A DNA stretch of 63,880 nucleotides, counting the filler, from Reticulomyxa filosa (taxonomy: Eukaryota > Protista > Foraminifera): the NCBI GenBank assembly GCA_000512085.1. It is 21 parts of 21 records of this genome, joined end to end, with 100 filler letters (N's around TTAATTAATTAA, not from the genome) between each part and the next. Parts side by side here need not be neighbours in the genome. Positions count along the whole stretch, not along the records: positions 8,221 to 16,984 come from ASPP01008295.1; positions 17,085 to 18,647 come from ASPP01017013.1; positions 18,748 to 22,119 come from ASPP01020728.1; positions 22,220 to 23,478 come from ASPP01041994.1; positions 23,579 to 25,209 come from ASPP01000734.1; positions 25,310 to 27,706 come from ASPP01013467.1; 15 more parts are not named here. The stretch is one strand, 5' to 3'. A program made the translations under genes and the position numbers. The first letter of the stretch is position 1. Each line of letters begins with the position of its first letter. This document shows positions 13,793 through 26,075 of the stretch, piece by piece. Below the pieces are notes generated by a model that had not been told where the DNA came from, made no database searches, and saw nothing but the letters and a program-made list of their open reading frames with translations.

Positions 13793-16062
13793 TAATAATA
13801 ACAATAATAACAATAATAATAATAATGGCAATAGCAAATACAACAACCATAACCATCACCCCGAATGGGTCATCTTCAATTACAATAGATTTGTTGAAGA
13901 CACTTCTTATCGAGAAACTCTGGCCAGAGAATTGGATATCGGATACTCCCAATGTCAAGTCACCACCAACAAGTTTGGCTTGACCGGAGGCTCCAGCTTT
14001 GGTTTCGTGTTTCCTTTTATTTTTGTTTTGAAAGCTCTCTTTTCTATGTTATATACATATACACATATATACATATATATACATGCATATGTACATATAT
14101 GTATATGTTCACTTACTAATCTATTTGTTTATTTATTTATTCATTCATTCATTCATTTAATTTGTTCAATTACTTTTTTTATCGGTCTTGTCAATTTGCA
14201 CAGGCATCGATGCGGGCTACTTTAGCCGCTGGAAAACTTATGTCGACAACGAATTGATGGACGAAATATTGAAGAATCAGAAAGTTAAGGATATTGTGAA
14301 AACCTACTTTGGATTAGATATGGACAGAGAGTTGCAACAGTACGCAGACCAGCGACACTCGCCGATGGATGGCTTTAATAGCATTTCCCATTCTGGATCC
14401 AACTCGAACAATTTCAATTCCAAGTCCAAGTCGAATGCAAGTGTTACTCGTTTTCACGAGGAGCATTCTGCTCCCAACACCCATGAGAAAAATACCAAGA
14501 ATGGCTCTCTTGCTTCCAAATCGCCTCTTTGCTTGCCTCCCAAAGTCTGGCAAGAAATGAAAGAAACCACGGCCACGGCCGTCAAAGCCCGTCTCGCTGA
14601 CACGTTTGGCAAGGCAAGCGCAGAAATAAGCTCAACTCGCAAAATCACCACGATCGATGACTTGATTCTGTACTATGACAATGAACCTTTTTCCAATGCA
14701 CTTGAGCTGCCTCATCAAGAGCTCGAACACTGGAGGTTGTTTCCAGTCCCATCCACGGCTCGAAAGAGCTTGCTGCTTTCCGTTACACACTATGTCATTC
14801 TGATCCAATGGACCTTGTCCAAATGCGACGAAAAGCAAACCGATCAGCAGCAAGATTCTACCTCCAACGCCTCTAACTTCTGCTATTATATTATGAATGG
14901 TGAGTACTCAGACACTTATTTGAACCTGTTATCCAAAAGAGATTCTTCTCAAACTAAAGTTTTGACCGCTCCTGTTCTATACTTTTAATGTAATACATAA
15001 ATGAAATAGATATAAATCAGTCAATCAACTTATTTATTTGTTTGTTGAATGTTTATGTATACGTATGTTTGCTGAACGAGCAAAAAAAAAAAAAAAAATG
15101 AGGGAATAAAAAGATGTTTTCCTTGCACCTTTTTTTTATTTCCTTTTTTTTTAAAAAAAGAAAAAATTAGCTTCTTGCTTTTGCCACATGTGTGTTATTA
15201 CATAGATGTGCACTTCGGTTCTGTTTGGCTACTATACCGCTAGCAATAATGATGGCCATGACTCCTTTCATGTTTGTGATTGTGCAATGGAATACGATGT
15301 ATTTCAATGGACCATTGATGCAAGCATTGTCGGTATGTGAAATTTTTTATTTTTTTCCCTCTGGTGGATAACAGAAATTTGTACAATGCATGCGGTACAT
15401 GCGTGGGGCGGGGATACGTAGATAAATTAGCGAAGAACAAAGACAAAAGGATCGTGTCAATCGAACAATTACCATTTGTCAAAATGGCGGAAATCCAGAC
15501 ATGGGCAAAAAAATTACATTGGGACACGTCAAAAAATGCATTGACATGGAAAAATGAAGATACATCCATCATAATACAAGAATTACTATTGCATCATCCA
15601 ACCGTCAAGTTAGCACAGCACTTTGGGATTACCTTTTCTCTCAAGTCCTATGGACATCCAATATCGTTCCATAGCCAGAGTCAAACCAATTCCAGTAATC
15701 CTGTCAAAGCGTTGTTATTCAAGAAGCCGAGAGCCAATAATACTTGTTTGTGTTTTATTGCACATATGCAAAAAAAAAAAGGGGGAAAAACAACCATTAA
15801 AAAAGTGCATGATTGTAACTTGTAAATAGCTGGTACCCCAATTGGTGAATGTATATTGACACCAAAGTCACCGGAAGATAAAACAACAGACAGCCGTGTT
15901 ATTGCAAAGTTGGAGTCTCTTCAACTGGTTGATCAAGAAATCAAATGCATTTTCAAGGTTGATTCAAGTCACACTGATACTACTTCCCATGCATTAAACA
16001 GTGAAGATTGTGTCTTTGTCAATGAACTTATCGAGTGGATTTCTCCAAAAACAAAAGCATAG
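12984..16062 (+). CDS. Sulfotransferase-like (P-loop) domain fused to a divergent C-terminal region, multi-exon
   Basis: INGLARSGNHLFISWL (5'-PSB-like), IVRDIFN (3'-PB-like), YNRFV and GGSSF..RWK. Intron 14002-14203 is in frame. The downstream exon structure is uncertain. Confidence 0.6.
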
Positions 16063-16550
16063 ATTATTTTATTTTATTTTATTTTGTTTTGATTTCTTTT
16101 TTTACTTCCTTTCTCACAAATCATCAAAATATGTACCCTTTTTTTTTTTGTGCAGTCCCATGGATTGGTTGCTGTTTTCCATGGATTTTCTGCACGATTT
16201 CCTCCCTCCCCACAAAATCAATTGTTACATCTTTTCGCTATAGGAACAAAGGCTAACTCTTTGTTAAAAAAAACCGTCATTTTTTTGACTTATTACTTGC
16301 CTGACATATATCTGCGCAAAGGTTTAATGTTTGCTTGATATTTGCAAAAAAATTGTGAACAAAATATCAATAAAATTATTTCATTAGCTTAAAAATGAGA
16401 GGAAAAGTACACTTCTTGACATTGTTTTTTTTTGTTCAAAAATATTGAAATGTATTCACATTAGACGTGTACACACGGTTTTTTGAGCCTAGGAAAAAAG
16501 AAAAAAAGCTTGTTTGATATCTTTTGTTAAAGAGAACCAAAGATAATACA

Positions 16551-16984
16551 ATGTCCACCACTCCAAGGCGAGTGGCTAAAAAAAGGGTATAATATATTCT
16601 CTATCCTTTACTTCAGCTAAGAACAGATACACATTAAAAAAATTTGGGGGGACTTGGTTTGGAATTGAGAAAACCAGCAACAAAGTTGGTGGAAGATAAA
16701 CTTGAAGCGGGACAATGATACGGAAAACGAGAACGGACATGGTGATTACGGATCATCAGAGATGGAGACAAGCCTAAGCCATGATAAAGATATAGTGCCA
16801 TACCAACAATTGAACGGAGGAGGCACGAATGAGATGGGAATGGATCACAACAAACAAGGAAAAGGGAACGAGTTCCAACATGAAAATAACAATCCGAACG
16901 CGAACAAATCAGCAACCAACAAACAAACGAAAAAAAATTATAATCACAATGATAACAATAATAGCAATACTAACAATAATAATA
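16551..16984 (+). CDS. N-terminal fragment of an unknown Asn-rich protein
   Basis: ATG at 16551 and a hydrophilic ORF running into an (AAT)n repeat at the contig end. Confidence 0.4.
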
Positions 16985-17098
16985 NNNNNNNNNNNNNNNN
17001 NNNNNNNNNNNNNNNNNNNNNNNNNNNNTTAATTAATTAANNNNNNNNNNNNNNNNNNNNNNNNNNNNNNNNNNNNNNNNNNNNTATATAAATATATG

Positions 17099-18564
17099 TT
17101 ATGTGGATTGAGTCTCATTGCAAGTATCGCTGCTTCTATGAAGAAGGATGAACTCACCTTCTTGTTGTTGTTGTTGTTGTTGTTGCTGTTGGAAACGAAG
17201 AATGAAATAGTCATCCATGGAAATGCAGTTCTTATAATGTAAATTGTCCAAGTCCAAACCATGAACATTTCCTTTCGAATCGCTGACGAAGAGTATATTT
17301 TGGTGATGGGTCATGTGCAGCAGACTCTGACAACGGTCTTTGTGATCGCTGTCGCTATGACTCGAGTGTGACTCATTGCCTCCTCCTCCTCCTCCCGCTC
17401 CTCCGGTCGATTCGCGTGTTGACGGATTGGACTTTTCAAAACTACGATCTTGAGTGTGATGATCGGGATGGGACTGAACATTGGGAATAATCGTATCTGT
17501 AACGTTACCCAAAGCCATATCCGTATTTGCATTTGCATTTGCCGCCGTTATGCCAGTAGTGGAAACAAAGTTTTTCGACTGGCCTTGCTGCGTTTGCAGC
17601 TTTTTCCTTTGTATCTTTGCATACGCTTGTTCGCGCTTTTCGAATAGCTTCTGTTGGCGCTCTTTCAAAAGCTTGGCTCTGAGTTTTTCGGTCGGATGTT
17701 TGGACGCTTCTTTTTTCCGAGAAAGAATAGAGTCGTCATCGTTCAAATTTACCCATACGTTCCACTGCTCCATCACTTTAATCTGTTTCGGATTCGGCAG
17801 TATTCCAATCACCTCCATCTCTTTGTTTACTACCATGTCGTATTGGTACACATTGCCCAGTTGTGTCCCAATAAATATTTGTTGAGGAGAGTCAATCACG
17901 TACATGCAAGTGGGCTATTTACAAAATTAAATATATATACATATTATATATATATATAATATGTATATCGAAACTAATTCATTGAGATATGCAAAATGCA
18001 TTTCTTTATGAATGGAGTGTATCGTCCATTTCTTTATTCCATTGCCTTCACCGGCGTGCCCATTCTTTGATAATATCAAAGAACTCTTCTTTTCTCCTTC
18101 GTCTTCTTCATCGTTGCCATTCCACTCCAGAGAAGACGTCCCATTGAATTTCGCCACATTTTCGAGGGAGTGATCGTGGGCGTTGCTTTCCCTACTGCCC
18201 ATCGTGTCGTCGTTACGGCTATCACTCACGCCTTTGTTGCTATTGTTCATTCGAGTCTCATCCAACAATAGTGGCTCAAACTGCCACATTTGCACACAAC
18301 CCATTGCTTCCGACACCGTTACAAATGCTTTTTTTTTTTGTTTTGTTTTGTTTTGTTTTGTGTTTCGTGCTTTTTTTTTTTTTTTTTAAGGTAAGTCATA
18401 TGAAGGACATGCCAAAAAAAAAAGACTTTGTCATAAACACCAAACTTCCTTGCCCATTATTGTCGTCACTACTTGCCGATCGCAACGACGATGACTGTTT
18501 TGGCATATACGCCGTGAATGTAGCATATTTCCGAGACCAAGCGAGTGTCCCATTTTGCATGTAA
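17099..18564 (-). CDS. Internal fragment of an unknown multi-exon protein with divergent beta-propeller-like strands and low-complexity inserts
   Basis: Segments IFIGTQLGNVYQYD, LFVSDSKGNVHGLD and TVSEAMGCVQMWQ, with polyQ and polyG inserts. Confidence 0.5.
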
Positions 18565-18609
18565 ATTTTTACGTTTGTTATTATATTTTTGTTGAATTTC
18601 AATTTCATT

Positions 18610-18647
<38 letters not shown>

Positions 18648-18747
18648 NNNNNNNNNNNNNNNNNNNNNNNNNNNNNNNNNNNNNNNNNNNNTTAATTAAT
18701 TAANNNNNNNNNNNNNNNNNNNNNNNNNNNNNNNNNNNNNNNNNNNN

Positions 18748-19814
18748 GAAGCGGAAGCGGAAGCGGAAGTGGACGCAGATGTTGTCGACGCAGCAGAGAC
18801 TGAGGTGGTAGCACTTTGCATATGCACATTCGAAAGCAATGGTTGTTGTGGATCATTTTTCAGACATTTCAAAATGGTCAAGGGCTGGATGCAGTTTTCC
18901 GTTGACATTTGTGTTAGCACATCGACCATTGAGGGATCTCGCAAATGGATACTTGTCAAGTCTTTTATTGACAGCCATGCCGAGCCTGCAGAGTCGAAAG
19001 TGGGAATTGATTTGGGTAATTCTTTCTATAAAAATAACAAATAACAAATAAAATATATATACATATATATGTATATGTACATGAGTATATATGAAAATCC
19101 TTTTAATGAATGATATAAAGGGGCTCAAAAATATAAACACAAAAAAAAAAAACTGATTTATTATGCTCTGCGTAAAAATACACGTGCAATTCATTGTAGT
19201 CACTGCCGAACGAGTTGGCATCGACGCGGTTGACAATGTGTCGGAATTGGACAATGCCTTTGATTTGTGCATCGATAGCGGCTTGCTTGGCGATCCGCTT
19301 TTGCGCGGCCTCCATGAGTGTTTCTCCAAAGCGCACCCTTCCATTGGGCAGGTCATATTCATGTTCGTGCAAAGAGTCACTCAAGAGTTGGACAAACAGG
19401 TAGTTATTGTCGTAAGGACGACGAATGATAACGTGGACATGAGTTCGCGTGGGGATGTCGATGATCTGTTCCAAGGCGCGTATCCGTTTCAGCTGCGCAT
19501 CGATATTGGCATTGGGAAGAATCGACGAGAGTTTCAGTTGTTTCTTTTCTTGTTTCAAATGCAAGAAGAGTTTTTTTTTGTTGATAAAGTTGGAATTGCA
19601 CAATGGACAAATGTGCCATCCACGTCCGACAAAGGCATTGTCACTGTCGAGGAAGTCATTGTTATTGTTATTGTCATTGTCATTATCATTATCATTATCA
19701 TTATCATTATCATTATCATTTTGTCGTTGTCAATATCGCCATTGATTTCATTTTCAATATCATTTTCATCTTTTTCTTTGTCATGAGTTTTGTCTTTTAG
19801 ATCATTGCTATGTC

Positions 19815-19850
<36 letters not shown>

Positions 19851-19860
19851 AATGACAACG

Positions 19861-19906
<46 letters not shown>

Positions 19907-20829
19907 CGTCGATGTCGATATCGCTGTCGTTGCCGCCGTCGTTGCTGCGAACTCTCTCCATTGCTGTGATACAAGGGTATATGTTCCAACAGCTCAGCCT
20001 TACTCAAGTACTGCATACAACAATAACCGCAGGCATAATAAGGGTCATGGTGACGGCAATGACGATTCGCACTAGTGCTCATCTGCGCAAGCTTATGATC
20101 ACTAGCAGTAGCAGCATTGTCATGATAAGACATTCCTTGGCCCGAAACAATGGAGACAATTTTCAACAACGTGTCTTGATCGTAGGTGACCACATTGGCA
20201 CCCATTTCAATCCATTTGTTTCGAAGCTTTCCCCCTTGCGATGCGCTGCGATGGACGACCACAATGAGACACTGTTCCAAGCACTTGTCGACAGCCTTGA
20301 GCAAAACATCGTAGACAAGGTCTTTGGACTTGATCATAATGATCACCATGTCATGGTTGCGAAATACGTTGCGTTTCGTATTGCGCACTTCGCTTACTTT
20401 GCATTGGATCAATTTGCACAAAGGGTTTTTCGTTATCAATTTTGTTATCGATTCCTGCGTTATCATTCCCATTGCTGTTGTCATTGCATTTGTATCCATA
20501 TTCATATTCATATTCATATTCATATTCATATTCATATTCATATTCATATTCATATTCATATTCATACCCATGCCCACATTCATATCGTTGGTATAATGTA
20601 TTGTCATCGCATCATCGTGGATGTACAGAATTTTCTTAATCGTCGAAGGCACTTGCGCCACTCCTCCATTGCTGCCACCACTGTTCGTTGCGGACAGTGA
20701 CGGACGTGCACGCTCCTTGTCCAAACTTGTTGTGCTGCTTTCCATCGCAAATTGTCTTTGCTTCAAAGACACTGATGATAATGGCAATGACATTGACAAT
20801 GATAATGATGGTGATGATGACGATGATGA

Positions 20830-20866
<37 letters not shown>

Positions 20867-21121
20867 CGATGATGGTGATACATATGCAATTGACCTTGGC
20901 GATACGGATTTGCTTCCTCTTCTTATCACTGTTCTCATCCCTTCACTTCCCATTGTACTCTCCTTTCTCAGTACTCCACTCTTGCTCTTTATCCCATTTT
21001 CCTCGTGTCTCACTGACTCGCTTGCACTTTCTTTCGGCTTCAATAATGCTACACCCTCACTTATGTCCGGAGATCGAATGTTCTCCAAACGTGGCCGTTC
21101 TAACTGTGGTACTTCATTCAT
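18748..21121 (-). CDS. Zinc finger plus Nudix-fold (NUDT18-like) protein with microsatellite-encoded tracts
   Basis: YACGYC..YLSKAELLEHIPLYH (C2H2-like), YDLPNGRVRFGETLMEAA (Nudix) and PKSIPTFDSAGSAWL. Frame breaks fall within the repeats. Confidence 0.7.
19655..20880. repeat. Cluster of coding microsatellites: (ATCATT)n, (ATT)n, (TTG)n, (ATATTC)n, (GAT)n
   Basis: Tandem tracts visible at about 19665-19720, 19816-19848, 19861-19905, 20498-20565 and 20800-20880. Confidence 0.9.
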
Positions 21122-21943
21122 GTCACCCTACAATCAGTTACATCATGTGTCAATTTCAGAGTTGTTGTGTGTGTTACCGCCGTTTTTCTTTTTTTTTTCC
21201 CCATGTAAGACAAAGTTCAAAGAGTCAAATACTTCACTATGAGAGATATAGTATTTTTTAAATATTTGTTTATTCTCAAGTTCCGGAGTTAGAGGTTAAT
21301 TCGTTCAGCACAGTGGATCAAGTCTTTTTTTAAACCAACAGACACCCTTTTTGACCTTTTTTCTCTTTTGCTTGCATTTTTTAAAAAAAAGATTTTATTT
21401 GGTGTAGTATATCACAATTTTATGCGAATTATTCAAGAACTTCATAAAACCGTAGACAAAGGTCTGCCTATTGCCAAAGTTCAAGCCACGGACAAAAGAA
21501 ATTATGATTTTGTCATCTTCATACAGAAAATCTTTTTCGACATATCAAAAAGAGATTTTGGAAAAATGTCCATTGTGCTGTGAATAAGTAATACACGGAC
21601 ACATCCCTACTTTTTTAAAAAATGAGTAACGGAATGAGTTCACAAAACCTGCAAAATGATTCGCTCCATACTGTCAATTTTGTAAATAATGTCTAAGTTT
21701 GAACGGATGAAGAGAAGAAAAACTCACCACGTATTTTTAGCAGCTGTTTAACACAAAATAGAAGGAATAAAATAGTACAAATGAGTAATAATTGCAGGAG
21801 GAATGAAATGCAATTAGGAATAATGCAAAAACATACTGAATTGATAGTTTAACTTTTTTATTATGAATTTTTTTTTCTCTGTAAATTTTGCTTGAAACCA
21901 ACCTCAAAGAAACGAAGGTACGCTTGACACGGCAAGAGACAGA

Positions 21944-22077
21944 TTATTTTCCAGAAGTCTTGTTACCAGGCGTTGGACCCTCCTCCTTGACGTCGACAGA
22001 CGCGCTACGAGAGGACGACGAATCTTCTTGTGGCGGCAAATCACCCGGAATAAAGGAAGGAGTCTTTTTCTCTTTTA

Positions 22078-22078
<1 letters not shown>
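21944..22078 (-). CDS. Probable last exon of an unknown gene
   Basis: After a poly-T..TAG acceptor it reads IKEKKTPSFIPGDLPPQEDSSSS...KTSGK*. Confidence 0.4.
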
Positions 22079-22119
<41 letters not shown>

Positions 22120-22219
22120 NNNNNNNNNNNNNNNNNNNNNNNNNNNNNNNNNNNNNNNNNNNNTTAATTAATTAANNNNNNNNNNNNNNNNNNNNNNNNN
22201 NNNNNNNNNNNNNNNNNNN

Positions 22220-23139
22220 TTATCCGCAAAAACTTTTGTGCACCTGTGTTGATGGCAAATGTTCTTTACAGCGCTTCGGACTACCACTGCTTGAGATCGC
22301 TGCGCTCGTTTAGAATTTTCCTTTGTGGCGTGATATGAAAAGTTGGTCCACGCCCGCGAGTGGCGATTTTGCGCGTTTCCGGTCCTGAAGGACAACTCTA
22401 TAGCCAAGTTCTACAAAGCTGCAGACTGGTTATTTTTAAAAAAAATTAATTCAAAGCGATATACCTTGGAATTTTCTTCACATACTCCTCTATATCTTCT
22501 TGCTTCTTCGTGTCTTGACATGAGTTTCGCGCAACTCATCCACCGAATTGGACACTTTCATGTGGAATGATTCTACCGATTTAGCCGTTTTCTTGATTTC
22601 CACTGAATTGTTTTTTTGACAACGTCCGCTCTTTTTTTCCTCAGCTTCAACTTTTTCATAAGTCCATCTTCTTGTTTGCCAACTTTATACGGAGTTTCGC
22701 ACAACTCCTCCACCAAGTTAAACCACTCTTACATTGAACATTCTCCCAATGTAGTGGTTTTCTCGATATCCGTGAGTAAGTATTTCCTGACAATTTCCAC
22801 TCTCTTATTCACTGATTTCAACTTCTTCATGCAGTCGTTGCGCGCCATCTTTTCTACTTTGCGCGTATCACTATCACTTTTTTTCTTCTTAGTGAGCTTG
22901 CTTTCGTCTGTCTCACAAAAATCAAACTTTCCTTGATTCATTTGGGAAAATTTGTCCAAATGTTCCATGATAGCAGATTGAGTTCTGATGAGAGACAACT
23001 TTGCGCCTGCATTTCCCAACGATTTAATGATATATTCCATTCTTTTTTTTTTCCTCATTGTTGGACATATTTGCTTCAAACGATTCCTCATATCAGCTCC
23101 AAAATCCAAATTCGTGAATTTGCGCAAGTACACGATCAT
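22220..23139 (-). pseudogene. Disrupted coding region, unknown Lys-rich protein
   Basis: A 136-aa ORF continues as protein-like sequence past several stops. No family recognised. Confidence 0.4.
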
Positions 23140-23578
23140 TGCGCTTTCTCTTTTTCTTATTCTTCATTATCCTTTTTCATTCCACCCTTTTTCCCTTTTA
23201 TTTTTTTCCTTCTTTTTTTCTTTTTTTTCCATTTTTTTCAAATTGCCATTTTTTTTAATTTTTAATTTTTCAACATTCTTTTTTATTTTGAATTCTTTTT
23301 TAATTTTTTCAATTTCTTAATAAAATTTTTCTATTTCTTTTTCCCCTTTTCCAATCACATTTTCCCTCAATTTTTTTTCCAATTTATTTTTTTCACTTCA
23401 TTTTTTCCCCAACTTTTTTCAAATTAATTTTTTTCCATCCCTTTTACAATCTATTTTTTTCCCTACCTTTTCCAATCANNNNNNNNNNNNNNNNNNNNNN
23501 NNNNNNNNNNNNNNNNNNNNNNTTAATTAATTAANNNNNNNNNNNNNNNNNNNNNNNNNNNNNNNNNNNNNNNNNNNN

Positions 23579-23900
23579 TTGATTAATTTGGATGATGAAC
23601 GAAATGTGTCAAACATGAAAACGGTATATATCTATGTTAAATAATATTAAAATGTTTTGATTGTCATTTAAAAAAGAAAGAACAAATGAACTGACATAAT
23701 TGACAACAAATTTGTCAAAATCTTTAATCCATCCTAATTTAATATTTAATGTCCGAATCCAATGATGGATAATGGTTTGGATCTCTTCTTCTTTTGACTG
23801 TTAATCATAAAGCAAAATGAGAAAAACAAGAAGAAGAAAAACGTAAAAAAACAACTTAAACGAAACTTTCATTACTAAGCTAAAGTGTCTTCTTTCCATT
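23579..23900 (-). CDS. 5' end of a member of the lineage-specific WD40 family
   Basis: EEEIQTIIHHWIRTLNIKLGWIKDFDKFVVNY, intron 23632-23695, then IYTVFMFDTFRSSSKLI. Same motif and intron position as 3472-3567. Confidence 0.75.
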
Positions 23901-26075
23901 TTTTTTTTCCGATGAAAGATTTTTTTCTACTTTTTTTTTTAAGTTCACGAAGGGTCAATAAAAAATTGAAATAAATTTGTTTTATTTAATAAATATAAAC
24001 TTTGTAATAAGAAATAAGTGTTTTATTTTGTAAAATATTAAGATATTACAACAATAAGACATATTTTTTTCAATTTATTATAGCAATGTTTTATGAGAAA
24101 ATATATATTTACAAGCAAAACTTTGTGTCTTATTGAACTTACAATCACATTCATTTTTTATACATACAAAGAGAATATGAGTAAAATGAAACTTCTAATT
24201 TCTTAGTATTTTTGCTTCTTTACTAGCAAAAAAGGTTTTGTTTAACAAGAATTTTTTTGTTAATTTCTAGTTTATAGGAAATTGGTAATTTGAATACATA
24301 AGATCGTAACAATTGAATATGAATTATTTTATTTTTTGACACTCATTTCAAACAATTTCCATCAATAGTTTAAGAATCATCTTCAGACTGGGTCATTGAA
24401 CTTAGAGTCATTCTTCAAAATTTTTTGCAAATATGCAATTAGTCCATAAATACATTCAAGAAAAGGTATCAATAATTTTGTTGCAATTTGGTGAACAATA
24501 AAAAAAAAATAAAATGAATATTTTCCATTGTTCATTCAATTTTAAAAGTATAAAATATTAACATTTTAATGCACTTTATCCTTACACACCAGCACTTTGC
24601 TTGCTAAAAAATATTTTTACATCGAGATCATTTTTTAAAAGTGGCGATCTTTCAACTTTGAGATAAGAAAAACATGTGGTTAAAAAGTTAAATAGAAGTC
24701 TATTACAGATCCGGTAAACACTGTTTTTTAAATTTGTTTGTGCCATTTATGTTAATGTTTGTCAGCTTTCTGTGAACATCGTATGAAAGAAGTCCGATAT
24801 TGTAATCAATTTTTTTCCTTTTTTGACTGTTTATCATTTACAGTAGAATGCAAAGTAAAGTTGACATATAAAACGGCACCTTATAGAGATTATTGATTTT
24901 CTTCATGAAAAAACAACATCCAGACATATTTTTTTTTATTTAAAAAAATATCTACAAATCGCGTAGTTTTTAAATGTCATTTTTACATCTTTACTAATTG
25001 TTTAAAAAATTTGAATATTTTATTGATTTTTGAAAATTTTCGAAAAAAAGTTGGCAACCGTGACTGTGTCGTAACAATGAAATTTGCCAACTAAAAAACA
25101 TTTTCAGAAAGTATTCAATGCAGTAAAAAACTCAAATATCGAACTATACTGAAGAAAAAAAAAATAAAGGACAAAATGTTGAAATAATTAGTAAAGATGT
25201 AATAAAAACNNNNNNNNNNNNNNNNNNNNNNNNNNNNNNNNNNNNNNNNNNNNTTAATTAATTAANNNNNNNNNNNNNNNNNNNNNNNNNNNNNNNNNNN
25301 NNNNNNNNNAACTACGAAAACACTATATTTTATATTTTATACTTTGATATTTTATTGTTTCAATTGTGGAAATGATAAAAACTTCCAAGAATTCATAAAT
25401 AGTGAATTTTTTTTATGGAACTTTGATAACATTTTTATTATTACTTTTATCCTTTTTTTTTTTTGAAAGATATATGCTTCAGATAGTTGTTTGTTGTTTC
25501 ATTTATTGTAAAATATTTCAAAGGTCCACTGAAATATGATTATAATATAGAAAATGGTAGTATAATTAATTAATATTCTACGTTTCACTAAACTTTCTTC
25601 AATTGTAAAAAGGAAAAATGATTTTAATGCGTTTTGTGAATGACAAAAAGTAAATTTCTTTAAAAATGTATCCGAGTGCATTTCGGAACTGTTATTGGGT
25701 ATTGAGATGCTATTTTGCAGAGAAAAAACATAAAGAACAATATAAAACCAATTGTCTCTTTTTTATGCTCTTTTGCCCTCTTACCAAGATGCAGCTCTAC
25801 CTTGGACATATTTTTTGTTTTTGCTTGAAGGACGCATCTTTGGTGAAGATCCAAAAAGGAACTTCAGTATGTTTACCCTCCCATCATTACAGAAATTACA
25901 AAATTCAACAACCAAAAAAAAAAAAAAAACCATCCAAACAGCAACCTGTCTATTAACTCAGTTCTCCTTGAACCGGACCGTGACTAGAATTATTGACAGC
26001 TAAAACATCAAGCGACACACAAACAGCTTTTGTTTTATGTTGTATTGAAACTAATACCTGCACAAAAGCACTGTA

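Noticed and set aside
8384-21261. Antisense ORFs with polyI, polyL, polyM, (IH)n or (YS)n tracts
   Set aside because: They are shadow frames of microsatellites in real genes on the other strand or frame.
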